Source: an uncultured Candidatus Saccharibacteria bacterium (GTDB taxonomy: Bacteria > Patescibacteriota > Minisyncoccia > UBA6257 > 2-01-FULL-56-20). From it: a DNA stretch of 64,000 bases. Below the pieces are notes generated by a model. That model was given only the letters and a program-made list of their open reading frames with translations. It was not told where the DNA came from and did no database searches. This document shows, in pieces, positions 1-8,241 of the stretch. Within the stretch, counting starts at the first letter, position 1, and every line of letters begins with the position of its first letter. The position numbers and the translations under genes were made by a program. The stretch is taken from positions 394 through 64,393 of the forward strand of contig CAZYEL010000001.1 in NCBI GenBank assembly GCA_964646415.1. The letters are read 5' to 3'.

Positions 1-870
1 CAACAGGAAGCGGAGGAGAGGCGGCTACAAGAAGAGCAGGCGCGCAGGGGAAACCGGCGACAGGAACGGCAACAGCCTCTGGAAGATGAGAAACTGTTAC
101 CTCGTCCACAGGGAATGCCTCTCTGGGCGAAAATCACAGCGGCTATCGTCGGAGTGCTCGTAATCATCGCGATTTTCTACGCGGTAGTGAGCAACAACCG
201 CGCGCAGAAGAAAGCGATCGAAGCGCTCCAGGCGCAGATTGCCTCCCTCGTAGCGAATCCCCAATCGCAAGTGCAAGCCCAACAGCAAACGCTACCATCG
301 GGAATGGTGCCACCTCCGGGAATCACTGCCACTAACCCTCCGCAACCACAACAACCGTTGCGAGTGCAGGGACCGCCTCCAGGAACTGCGGCGATGTACC
401 AATTCGCGGCAACTGGCACCACTGGCACCGCCCCGCTCGTAAACGTCGTCGTGGACAACCGTTGGAGATTCAATGCCTCCGGCGGCGGAACAATGACGAA
501 CGCGGCGGGTGGGCAAGACACCGCCTCGGGGGACACGAAGCTGTTGGCGCTCGCGGGACAGGGAAGTGATTACCTTACATTCCCTGCCGGAACGAGATGG
601 GCAAGCCTCATCATTCCGCAGAACGCGACGACCAATGCCCCGACGGTGTGGGTGGTAATGCCGGACGGCGCAGACAGGTATGCGCCGGAATCGAAAACAG
701 ATATCTGGGTGCAAACCAAGTTTGCCGATAGGAGCGAGGGAGAGTGGATGAGAATGAGCCCCGTGGCTCAACTTCCATTCACTGCATCTCCAATCCGGGC
801 AATGAGGTTCGCGGTCGCGAATCCCACCACTCCGGTGCCGTTCACCATACGGTTTCGGGGACTCCAGTAA
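1..870 (+). CDS. hypothetical membrane-anchored protein (5' partial; frame is open from window edge)
   Basis: ORF 115..870 has no in-frame stop upstream to position 1, so the true start is probably outside the window. It has a single hydrophobic helix (AAIVGVLVIIAIFYAVV) followed by a Gln/Pro-rich segment. No known catalytic motifs. Confidence 0.4.
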   Translation, partial: QQEAEERRLQEEQARRGNRRQERQQPLEDEKLLPRPQGMPLWAKITAAIVGVLVIIAIFYAVVSNNRAQKKAIEALQAQIASLVANPQSQVQAQQQTLPSGMVPPPGITATNPPQPQQPLRVQGPPPGTAAMYQFAATGTTGTAPLVNVVVDNRWRFNASGGGTMTNAAGGQDTASGDTKLLALAGQGSDYLTFPAGTRWASLIIPQNATTNAPTVWVVMPDGADRYAPESKTDIWVQTKFADRSEGEWMRMSPVAQLPFTASPIRAMRFAVANPTTPVPFTIRFRGLQ

Positions 871-953
871 GAGTGCAGCGCAAAGTCATATCGAACAAAC
901 CTCTATTCAGCGATGAATAGGGGTTTGTACGTTTTAGGCGGCAAAAAACCAAC

Positions 954-990
954 GGCCCCGATGGAATTTCCATCGGGGCCGTGTGCGTTT
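954..990 (+). terminator. rho-independent terminator-like hairpin downstream of ORF 1..870
   Basis: The inverted repeat 'ggccccgatgg aattt ccatcggggcc' forms a GC-rich stem, followed by 'gtgtgcgttt'. Confidence 0.45.
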
Positions 991-1010
991 CGGGGAGCAC
1001 ACAAGGCTCC

Positions 1011-1061
1011 TCAATGTTTAGGAAGTCCGACTTCCTAAGGGAAGTCGGACTTCGGGGAAAC
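1011..1061. repeat. direct repeat copy A flanking the vapBC module (contains palindrome GGAAGTCCGACTTCC twice)
   Basis: 'tcaatgtttaggaagtccgacttcctaagggaagtccgacttcggggaaac' is ~90% identical to copy B at 1712..1760, in the same orientation. Confidence 0.7.
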
Positions 1062-1080
1062 GATGCAATAACTTATCGTT

Positions 1081-1452
1081 TCAAATCCGCCGCACGGAGA
1101 GACCCTTCACTTTCATAAAATCGCGGACGTTCCTCGTGAGCAAGATACTCCCCGTAAAAAGCGCAGTGGCGGCAATCACGCTGTCGGACACGCCCACCCG
1201 GTGCACACGGCGGACGCTCGCTGCCAGTCGGGCGATTTGAGAGTCCACAGGGATAAGGGCGACTGCGGCAAGCAATTCTTCAATGCGTGATGCTTCGGCG
1301 TCGGTGAGCGAGGGAAAGCTTAAAAGCTCGAGCTGGGTGATAACCGACACGTACACAGGGGCGTCTCCATCAAACGCTTCTTGCACTACCGACGTATTCA
1401 CCAACTGCCCTTTAAGGTGGTAAATGACCGCGTTGGTATCAAGCGTGAACAC
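1081..1452 (-). CDS. vapC: PIN-domain toxin VapC (type II toxin-antitoxin system); GTG start
   Basis: 123 aa. The N-terminal 'FTLDTNAVIYHL' and conserved acidic residues fit a PIN fold (MFTLDTN..., D at position 5, later E and D). 'RNVRDF' near the C-terminus is typical of VapC. Confidence 0.8.
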   Translation of the reverse strand: MFTLDTNAVIYHLKGQLVNTSVVQEAFDGDAPVYVSVITQLELLSFPSLTDAEASRIEELLAAVALIPVDSQIARLAASVRRVHRVGVSDSVIAATALFTGSILLTRNVRDFMKVKGLSVRRI

Positions 1453-1461
1453 AGCGGCTTA

Positions 1462-1635
1462 TTTCGCGCGACGCTCCCACTCCTTCCGAATCTGTTTGAG
1501 TTCTCGCAACGGGTCGGGGACGCGATGTTTCCACATCCCCCTTGCCTTTTCCCACACGGCGAGACGCTCGCGCCCGCGCAGAGGAAGGATGCGGGGACCA
1601 ATGGGTAGTTTTGTGCTTGTGCCTGTCTGTGGCAT
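1462..1635 (-). CDS. putative antitoxin (VapB-like), 58 aa, below the ORF-track length cutoff
   Basis: Manual translation of the minus strand gives MPQTGTSTKLPIGPRILPLRGRERLAVWEKARGMWKHRVPDPLRELKQIRKEWERRAK. It ends 7 nt before the vapC start. A small basic protein in the antitoxin position. Confidence 0.45.
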
Positions 1636-1711
1636 ACACTCATAGTACCTTTTCGCACCACCGCGTCAATTTCTGCGACGGGAATAAAAATCGGGAAGCA
1701 CTCAAGGTTTT

Positions 1712-1760
1712 TCAATATGAGGAAGTCCGACTTCCTTAAGGAATCCGGACTTCGGGGAAC
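1712..1760. repeat. direct repeat copy B flanking the vapBC module (promoter/operator side of vapB)
   Basis: 'ttcaatatgaggaagtccgacttccttaaggaatccggacttcggggaac' matches copy A at 1011..1061. Confidence 0.7.
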
Positions 1761-1784
1761 TTATCGCTTAACGCTTACCGCTAT

Positions 1785-4319
1785 TTATATCACCACCACG
1801 CCCGCAATTCTGTCTCCTGAACTCAAGTTCATAATCCGCACGCCTTGCGCGGAGCGGCCGGTCTGGCGGACGCTCTTTAGCTCCGTCCGAATCACCTGCC
1901 CCTTCGCCGAGAGCGCGAGCATTTCCATCTCCTCGCTCACCACCGTTCCCGCAACCACCTTTCCCGTCTTCGCGGTCACGTTCGCGGTCTTGATGCCGGA
2001 ACCGCCGCGGTTCTGGGTTTTATATTCCTTAAGCGGCGTCTGCTTCCCGAATCCGTTCGCCATAACCACCAAAAGTTTCGCGGTGTCCCCCTTCTTCACG
2101 ATGTCGCACCCCGCGACCGCGTCGCCCGTGCGAAGCCGGATGGCACGCACACCCGCCGCGCCGCGCCCCATGGGACGCGCTTGCGACTCCGCAAAACGGA
2201 CGGATTGCCCTTGTTCCGTTACCAGTATCACCTGCTCGTCGCCTTTCGAAATCCGCACCCACTTCAGCAGGTCGCCTTTTTTTCCGCCCGAGGCGGATCC
2301 GCCTTTGGTGGACAACTTAATCCCGATGATGCCCGTGCGGCGGATGTTTTCGAAATCCTTAAGCGCGGTCTTTTTCACTATCCCATGCTTGGTTACCATC
2401 ACAAGATAGATTCCCTTGTCGCTTGTCGCTTGTCGCTTGTCGCTCGATGGCAGGTTCACAATCGCGCTCACGCTTTCTTCGGCAGGAAGTTCGAGGAAGT
2501 TATGAATCGCTTTCCCTTTCGAGGTGCGGCTCGCGGCGGGGATTTCGTACGCACGCGTTTCGAATACTCTCCCGCGGTCGGTGAAGAAAAGAATCCGGTC
2601 GTGCGTGTTCGCGTGGAAGAAATGCGAAAGGAAATCCTCGTCCGCCACGTCCGACCCGATGAGCCCCTTCCCGCCCCGCCGCTGCGCTTTGAAGGAATCC
2701 GGCGGTACGCGTTTGATGTACCCGCTCGAAGAGAACGTCACAATAGCCTCCTCTTCGGGAACAAGGTCCTCGTCCGTCATTTCTTTGAGGGCAGAGTTCA
2801 CCACATGCGTCCGCCGCGCATCGCCGTATTTGGTTTTGAGTTCCGCAAGCTCCTGCTTCACCACCTCGAGCATCCGCGCGGGGCTCTTCAAAATAAGCGT
2901 GAGTTCTTTTATGAGCGCCCGTTTCTCCTTGAGTTCCGCATCGATTTTCTCACGCTCAAGCGCCGCCAAAGTCTGGAGCTTCATTTCCAAAATTGCCACC
3001 GCCTGGAGCTCCGAGAGCTTGAACCCTTTCATGAGGTTCATCCGCGCATCCTCGCGGTCCTTTGATTTCTTGATGGTTGCAATCACCTTGTCGATTACGT
3101 CCAAGGCCTTCGCAAGCCCTTCCAAAATATGCGCCCGCTCTTCCGCTTTCCTTAAATCGAACTGCGCGCGGCGGCGCACGATTTCCTTGCGATGCGCGAT
3201 GTAGGCGAGGAGCATCTCCTTCAGGGAGAAAAGCTCCGGCTGGATGCCGTCCCGCAAGGCAATCATATTGAAATGAAAATCCTTCTGGAGGTCGGAGTGC
3301 TGGTAGAGCTGGTTCAATACTTTCTGCGGCGCGGCGTCGGACTTGAGCTCCACCACAATCCGCAGGCCTTCGCGGTCGGACTCGTCGCGGAGGTCGCGGA
3401 TGCCTTCTACGCGCTTATCCGTAACGAGCATCGCAATGTGCTTCACAAGCTCGGACTTGTTCACCTGGTAGGGAATTTCCGTGATGACAATGTCGAACCC
3501 CCCCTGCCTGCCGGCAGGCAGGCGCGCACCACTCTCTCCCTTCTTGCGCTCCACAATCTCCGCTTTCGCGCGGGCCGTTACCGCGCCGCGCCCCGTCGCA
3601 TACGCCGTCCGAATAGCGGCGCGGTCGTAAATAACGCCGCCCGTCGGGAAATCCGGCCCCTTCACGTGCTCCAACAAATCCTCCCCCGTCGCGCCGGGCT
3701 TCTCCATAAGAAGAAGCGTCGCGTCCACCACCTCCACAAGGTTGTGCGGCGGGATACTCGTCGCCATCCCCACCGCGATTCCCAAAGTGCCGTTAATCAA
3801 AAGGTTGGGGAGCTTCGCGGGGAATACTTTCGGCTCCTCGCGGGTCGCGTCATAGTTCGGCAGCCAGTCCACCGTTTCTTTCTCGATATCAAAAAGCATC
3901 TCCTCCGCGACTTTCGAGAGACGCGCTTCCGTGTACCGCATCGCTGCGGGAGAATCCCCGTCGACGCTGCCGAAGTTTCCCTGCCCCTGCACAAGCGGGT
4001 ACCGGAGCGAGAAGTCCTGCGCCATCCGCGCGAGCGTGTCGTAAATCGCCACGTCGCCGTGCGGGTGGTATTTCGCCATCGTCTCGCCCACCACATTCGC
4101 CGATTTCCTGAACCTGGCGAGATGCGTGAGGCCGATGGACCACATGGTCCAAAGCACGCGCCGATGCACCGGCTTCAGCCCGTCGCGCACGTCCGGCAGG
4201 GCGCGCGCGACAATGACCGACATGGCATAGTCGAGGTAGGATTCGCTAAGCTCGCTCGTGATTGGACGTTTTTCTACGTTGTCTGGCATAGCATCGGATT
4301 TCGTGCTTCGGACTTTCAC
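1785..4319 (-). CDS. gyrA: DNA gyrase subunit A (probable true start at 4289, MPDNVEKRPITSEL...)
   Basis: Matches GyrA throughout: N-terminal 'YLDYAMSVIVARALPDVRDGLKPVHRRVLW', the active-site Tyr region and a C-terminal beta-pinwheel. Contains an in-frame (CGACAAG)4 heptad repeat at 2414..2444. Confidence 0.95.
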   Translation of the reverse strand: MKVRSTKSDAMPDNVEKRPITSELSESYLDYAMSVIVARALPDVRDGLKPVHRRVLWTMWSIGLTHLARFRKSANVVGETMAKYHPHGDVAIYDTLARMAQDFSLRYPLVQGQGNFGSVDGDSPAAMRYTEARLSKVAEEMLFDIEKETVDWLPNYDATREEPKVFPAKLPNLLINGTLGIAVGMATSIPPHNLVEVVDATLLLMEKPGATGEDLLEHVKGPDFPTGGVIYDRAAIRTAYATGRGAVTARAKAEIVERKKGESGARLPAGRQGGFDIVITEIPYQVNKSELVKHIAMLVTDKRVEGIRDLRDESDREGLRIVVELKSDAAPQKVLNQLYQHSDLQKDFHFNMIALRDGIQPELFSLKEMLLAYIAHRKEIVRRRAQFDLRKAEERAHILEGLAKALDVIDKVIATIKKSKDREDARMNLMKGFKLSELQAVAILEMKLQTLAALEREKIDAELKEKRALIKELTLILKSPARMLEVVKQELAELKTKYGDARRTHVVNSALKEMTDEDLVPEEEAIVTFSSSGYIKRVPPDSFKAQRRGGKGLIGSDVADEDFLSHFFHANTHDRILFFTDRGRVFETRAYEIPAASRTSKGKAIHNFLELPAEESVSAIVNLPSSDKRQATSDKGIYLVMVTKHGIVKKTALKDFENIRRTGIIGIKLSTKGGSASGGKKGDLLKWVRISKGDEQVILVTEQGQSVRFAESQARPMGRGAAGVRAIRLRTGDAVAGCDIVKKGDTAKLLVVMANGFGKQTPLKEYKTQNRGGSGIKTANVTAKTGKVVAGTVVSEEMEMLALSAKGQVIRTELKSVRQTGRSAQGVRIMNLSSGDRIAGVVVI
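2414..2444. repeat. heptanucleotide microsatellite (CTTGTCG)4 inside gyrA, encoding SDKRQATSDK
   Basis: Four perfect tandem 7-mers. The sense-strand 31-mer 'agcgacaagcgacaagcgacaagcgacaagg' is identical to 28826..28856 inside uvrD. Confidence 0.9.
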
Positions 4320-4624
4320 TTAAGAGGTTTCACAATATATTCGCGGGAGCCTTTGAACATTTCCCCGAAACGACCAATGGCGCCGGTAACATTTTCATAG
4401 AGTATCGCACTGCCACGCTGCATGGTTTGCCAGAATGACGCTTGCTGCTGCTCCTGCCCACTCGCAAGCCCGGTATTCTCTCCCGCGTCCACAAGAAGAT
4501 TGTTGAAATACGCGAGCCAGATATACAACACCACCACCATTGCGACCGCCGAACTGATAATCAATACGCGCCGCTTCGTAGCCGCATCCGCCCCCTGAAT
4601 TCGATTCAAAAAACCTTCCCTCAT
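4316..4624 (-). CDS. hypothetical small membrane protein
   Basis: 102 aa with one TM helix (VLIISSAVAMVVVLYIWLAYF). 4-nt overlap with the gyrA ORF start and with the upstream MBL gene, so it is co-transcribed. Confidence 0.45.
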   Translation of the reverse strand: MREGFLNRIQGADAATKRRVLIISSAVAMVVVLYIWLAYFNNLLVDAGENTGLASGQEQQQASFWQTMQRGSAILYENVTGAIGRFGEMFKGSREYIVKPLK

Positions 4625-5187
4625 GCGGGCTTCAACGCAATAGTTTTCGTCCCTTGCATAGCCTCCAGGTCTTTTTTGCGGAACACGAACTTTTCTTCAA
4701 CGCCCCCGCTCTCGCCCATTTCTTTGAGGAACGGCGCGGGCGACTTTTCGTACGCGGGAATCACCACCTTCGGCTCGATTTGGCGCACCAGTTTTTCCGC
4801 CGCTTCATCGCTCAAATACTTCCCGCCCAGCCGGAGAAACACCACATCCGGCTCATTCAGCTTTTCCAAGAGGTCGGCTTCGAGAACTTTTTCGAGAGGC
4901 CCCAGGAACGCGAACGTCACATCCTCCCACCGCACGAGATGCGCCGTGTACGCCCGCCCAGGCTTTGCCTCAAGCGCAATACCGCGCACTTCTATCCCTT
5001 TGGACTCGTATTCGCCGGGGAACGCAAACTCCGTTTGCGGGCCCGGCTCCGCGCCAGAGGCGGGAGTTTCCGCATCGGTTTTGAGCACGATATCGCCCTT
5101 CAAACGATTCGAAACGGGGTCCACAAGGACCGAAATTTCGCCACTCTGAATGCGGAATGAACCCTCGCCTTGATAGGTAATAACCAC
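4621..5187 (-). CDS. MBL-fold metallo-hydrolase (UPF0173/YtkL-like)
   Basis: 188 aa. The N-terminus 'MVITYQGEGSFRIQSGEISVLVDP' is typical of the UPF0173 beta-lactamase-fold hydrolase family. Confidence 0.55.
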   Translation of the reverse strand: MVITYQGEGSFRIQSGEISVLVDPVSNRLKGDIVLKTDAETPASGAEPGPQTEFAFPGEYESKGIEVRGIALEAKPGRAYTAHLVRWEDVTFAFLGPLEKVLEADLLEKLNEPDVVFLRLGGKYLSDEAAEKLVRQIEPKVVIPAYEKSPAPFLKEMGESGGVEEKFVFRKKDLEAMQGTKTIALKPA

Positions 5188-5207
5188 GGAGACAGTTTAT
5201 CAAAAAT

Positions 5208-5235
5208 TTGACTGAAACTCCAGTACCCGTATAAT
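5208..5235 (+). promoter_or_regulatory. sigma70-type promoter for rpsA (-35 TTGACT, 16-nt spacer, -10 TATAAT)
   Basis: 'tttgactgaaactccagtacccgtataatcttgg' ends 11 nt upstream of the rpsA ATG at 5247. Confidence 0.6.
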
Positions 5236-5246
5236 CTTGGACACAC

Positions 5247-6347
5247 ATGGCAGAATCGGCAAACAACAAACCGGCGCAGAGCACGCTTCTCGATGCCCTC
5301 AAAAACACCATTCCCCCAAGCGAGTGGCCGAAGGAAGGAAGCGTTGCCGAGGTGAAATTGCTCCGGAAAACAGACCGTAAGGTCTTTTTCGATATGGGGA
5401 AATTCGGCACCGGCATCGTGTGGGGAGCGGAACTCCTGAACGCACGGGAAATGGTGAAAGATTTGAAAGCCGGCGATGCCTGCCTCGCGAAAATAAAAGC
5501 CATCGAATCCGACGAGGGGTTCATTGAACTCTCGCTCGCCGAAGCCGGAAGGGAGCGGCTCTGGCAGCAAGCAAGAGAATTCCTTGAATCGGGTGAGCTT
5601 GTGAAAGTTAAAGTGGTGGGCGCGAACGCGGGAGGGCTCACTGCAACCCTTTTCGACCTCAAGGCGTTCCTTCCCGTTTCGCAACTTTCGCAGGAGCACT
5701 ACCCGCGCGTCGAGGACGGCGACCGCCAGAAAATTTTCGACGAACTCAAGAAATTTATCGGGCAGGAACTCACGGTGAAGGTAATCGACGTGAACCCGCG
5801 GCACAACAAGTTCATTCTTTCCGAGCGCGAGGTGGTGAGCGGGAACGTGAAGGAGCTTCTGAAGAAATACAAAACGGGCGACGAAATTCAGGGACTGGTG
5901 ACTGGCATTGCGGACTTTGGCGCGTTCGTGCGCTTCGTGGACGAGCCGCAGCTCGAGGGACTTATCCATATCTCCGAGCTTGCACATGCGCTCGTGGACA
6001 ATCCGAAAGACGTGCTCAAAGTGGATGAAACAGTAAAGGCAAAAATTATCGACATCCGCGAAGACGGGCGGGTGTTCCTCTCACTCAAGGCGCTCCAGGC
6101 GGACCCGTGGACGACGCTCGGCGACCGCTACAAGAAAGGAGATGAGGTAGAGGGCAAGGGCTACAAGCTCAATCCCTTCGGCGCCATCGTTGACCTCGGC
6201 GGCGGCATCCAGGGCACCGTCCACATTGCGGAATTTGAGTCCGCGGACACAATGAAAAAAATACTCACGCCAGGCGGCACACACAGGTTTGTGGTTGAAA
6301 CGGTGAAACCGGAGGAGAAAAGGATTGTACTCAAACTGAAGAAATAA
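5247..6347 (+). CDS. rpsA: 30S ribosomal protein S1 (short 4x S1-domain form)
   Basis: 366 aa with repeated S1 OB-fold motifs: 'GxVxGxVxxIxDFGAFVxF', 'EGLIHISELA', 'GAIVDLGGGIQGTVHIAEF'. Confidence 0.8.
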   Translation: MAESANNKPAQSTLLDALKNTIPPSEWPKEGSVAEVKLLRKTDRKVFFDMGKFGTGIVWGAELLNAREMVKDLKAGDACLAKIKAIESDEGFIELSLAEAGRERLWQQAREFLESGELVKVKVVGANAGGLTATLFDLKAFLPVSQLSQEHYPRVEDGDRQKIFDELKKFIGQELTVKVIDVNPRHNKFILSEREVVSGNVKELLKKYKTGDEIQGLVTGIADFGAFVRFVDEPQLEGLIHISELAHALVDNPKDVLKVDETVKAKIIDIREDGRVFLSLKALQADPWTTLGDRYKKGDEVEGKGYKLNPFGAIVDLGGGIQGTVHIAEFESADTMKKILTPGGTHRFVVETVKPEEKRIVLKLKK

Positions 6348-6374
6348 GGCGGAGTGTTGCAAAACCGAACCCCA

Positions 6375-6406
6375 GGGCTACACTTAAGAGGTAGCCTGTT
6401 TTATTT
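6375..6406 (+). terminator. rho-independent terminator after rpsA
   Basis: Stem 'ggctac acttaagag gtagcc' followed by 'tgttttatttt'. Confidence 0.6.
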
Positions 6407-6407
6407 T

Positions 6408-7103
6408 ATGAGAAAAGATAAAGAAGTCGCGCTCAAGTTGCGTCTGGGAGGAAAAAGTTATACCGAAATAAGCCAGACTCTTGACGTACCAAAATCCACT
6501 CTTTCCGCATGGCTTTCTAAAGTCGTTCTATCTCCTCGTGCGAACGAGAGAATAGCTGCGCGCACACGAGAAAAATCTCTCATAAGCATCCTCCGCCATA
6601 ATAGGCAACAAACAACCGCTGCCCGGAAACGTGCTTCGGATACTCGGAAATTAGCGGCGAGTTTCATCGGGAGACTGTCGGACCGAGACTTACTCATCCT
6701 TGGCGCTGCGCTGTATTGGGCAGAAGGATACAAAAGATTGAAGTGGAGGAAAGGCAAGGAGCTGACGGCTCACCCTGTGTCGCTTACGAACTCAGACCCG
6801 TTTCTTGTACAAGCATTCCTCAAATTCCTCCGGGGGAACATGGGGGTGCACAATGAGAAAATAAAAGCTGGCGTGCGCATATTTCAACATCATAACGAAC
6901 AAGAGTTATTGGATTTTTGGCAACGCATTACTGATATCCCACGAAAGAACTTTACAAAAACGTACGTGGGAATCAGCCAGTCGAGCAAAGGGAAACGGCC
7001 ATTCAATCGGCTACCGTATGGGACACTTCAAATCAACGTTTCCAGCACTCCTCTCTTTCATCAAATCATGGGCTATATTGAAGGATTGAAAGAAAACAGG
7101 TAA
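6408..7103 (+). CDS. HTH + LAGLIDADG-like homing-endonuclease-family protein (paralog 1)
   Basis: N-terminal helix-turn-helix 'GGKSYTEISQTLDVPKSTLSAWL' and a single LAGLIDADG-type motif 'LLILGAALYWAEGYK'. Paralog of 18156..18824. Ends 20 nt upstream of the intron-containing tRNA-Phe. Confidence 0.6.
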   Translation: MRKDKEVALKLRLGGKSYTEISQTLDVPKSTLSAWLSKVVLSPRANERIAARTREKSLISILRHNRQQTTAARKRASDTRKLAASFIGRLSDRDLLILGAALYWAEGYKRLKWRKGKELTAHPVSLTNSDPFLVQAFLKFLRGNMGVHNEKIKAGVRIFQHHNEQELLDFWQRITDIPRKNFTKTYVGISQSSKGKRPFNRLPYGTLQINVSSTPLFHQIMGYIEGLKENR

Positions 7104-7123
7104 GCTGGGTACTGCTAACGCAT

Positions 7124-7426
7124 GCCGCGGTAGCTCAGTGGTAGAGCATTCGCCTGAACTCTTCGGGCACCGATTCAGTAATGAATCGGCGAAAACTGGG
7201 TGAACTCGGGGAAACTTCTTTTTTAAAGAACAATCCCGAGCCAAGCCCCGACGCAAAATCGGGGAAGGTGTAGAGACTATCCCTTCGGGGAGTACTCTCC
7301 AACATGGGTCGGAGCGGAAGCGCCCAGCTCCCGTAATCGCACGGCGATTTTATGGGATGATGATATAGTCCAAACTTCGTAAGGAAGAGCGATTGGTCGG
7401 GTGTTCGATTCACCCCCGCGGCACCA
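7124..7426 (+). tRNA. tRNA-Phe(GAA) interrupted by a group I intron in the anticodon loop (encoded CCA)
   Basis: 5' exon GCCGCGGTAGCTCAGTGGTAGAGCATTCGCCT (7124-7155). 3' exon GAAGAGCGATTGGTCGGGTGTTCGATTCACCCCCGCGGCACCA (7384-7426). The acceptor stem is a perfect 7 bp, the T-arm is GGGTG/TTCGATT/CACCC, and the anticodon loop is CT-GAA-GA. Confidence 0.85.
7156..7383 (+). mobile_element. group I self-splicing intron (228 nt, no internal ORF) between tRNA-Phe positions 33 and 34
   Basis: Exon U33 precedes the 5' splice site. The internal guide sequence GGGC pairs with exon GCCU. Conserved R-like 'gtagagactat' and S-like 'gatgatatagtcc' elements form P7 (AGACUA/UAGUC). The intron ends with G (cgtaaG). 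Confidence 0.8.
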
Positions 7427-7484
7427 AAAAACTTCAAACTTCTCTGGCATTATTTTGATTTGAGAAAAGTTTCCTTGTTAAAAT

Positions 7485-8045
7485 CTATTGCAACGCGCAA
7501 TTTTTAAGATACATAGTTAAAACAGTGCGCCAAGCGATAACTCCAGAAAACCTAACTTTCTGTCCTATCTTTAGAGACGCAGCAGTTTTCTCCCAGTCTC
7601 CCGAAAAATCACAACTCAAATATGAGAACATATCCTTCTCATTCTTTGTAATCGAAACCGATATTGCATCACTAGAAAACTTATCCACGTCCAATACATA
7701 CCCCTCATCTTTTACAACCAACCCAATATACTTCTCAAAAACTCCTTCTTTCTCAAGGGATGTGCTTGATGATTTCTCTATCTCATTACGCAAAGAGAAA
7801 ACAGAGTACGGCAAGACACCAAGTTTTGAATCCTCTCTGCCGTTCGTCTCTGTAGAAGTGGGGGGAGTAAAGATTTGCTGGTAACTACCTATTGCAACAT
7901 TCTGCGCTGTGATCCCCCCACTCTGTTTTTCAGAAGAAACACCGCTCGAGTTTTCTCTCCCTATACCAAAAATATAGTAAAGCACGAGCGAGGCGAGTAC
8001 TGCTCCAAAGACTGCTACTGTCCAGGGATTTTTCAAGAACCACAT
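7485..8045 (-). CDS. hypothetical membrane-anchored protein in a low-GC (~42%) segment
   Basis: 186 aa with an N-terminal TM helix and no known motifs. Its GC is far below the flanking sequence, and it sits inside a tRNA cluster. Confidence 0.4.
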   Translation of the reverse strand: MWFLKNPWTVAVFGAVLASLVLYYIFGIGRENSSGVSSEKQSGGITAQNVAIGSYQQIFTPPTSTETNGREDSKLGVLPYSVFSLRNEIEKSSSTSLEKEGVFEKYIGLVVKDEGYVLDVDKFSSDAISVSITKNEKDMFSYLSCDFSGDWEKTAASLKIGQKVRFSGVIAWRTVLTMYLKNCALQ

Positions 8046-8087
8046 TGTTTTTATTCAGTATGATTTATCGAACTCGGTATAAACCCG

Positions 8088-8158
8088 TCGGGGAGCCGAG
8101 AATCGAACTCGGACTACGTGCTCCCAAAGCACGCGTACTACCACTATACGACTCCCCG
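8088..8158 (-). tRNA. tRNA-Pro(TGG)
   Basis: The reverse complement folds as CGGGGAG/CTCCCCG acceptor, anticodon stem CGTGC/GCACG, loop TTTGGGA and T-arm CCGAG-TTCGATT-CTCGG. No encoded CCA. Confidence 0.85.
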
Positions 8159-8241
8159 CTTTCGCTAACGCTTCGGTGAGGCAAAGCACCGCCTGCACTT
8201 CAAATTACGCTAATTTTATGCGAGAATCAACCGCGTCAGAA

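Noticed and set aside
1019-1062. RNase P RNA, suggested by the GGAAGTCCG motif
   Set aside because: It is only a short resemblance to the P4 region. There is no GGGCUCC continuation or other RNase P RNA elements. The motif is part of a duplicated palindromic repeat flanking vapBC.
1717-2409. 230-aa plus-strand ORF across the vapBC repeat and gyrA 3' end
   Set aside because: It starts inside the direct repeat, runs antisense to gyrA and has no motifs.
2414-2444. CRISPR array as the explanation for the repeated GCGACAA tracts
   Set aside because: The unit is 7 nt with no spacers. The tracts are in-frame inside gyrA and uvrD. No cas genes are present.
2181-4400. Long plus-strand ORFs (2181..3065, 2524..3204, 3192..4400) overlapping gyrA
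   Set aside because: They lie antisense to a confidently identified GyrA. They have Arg/Pro/His-rich low-complexity translations typical of spurious frames in high-GC DNA.
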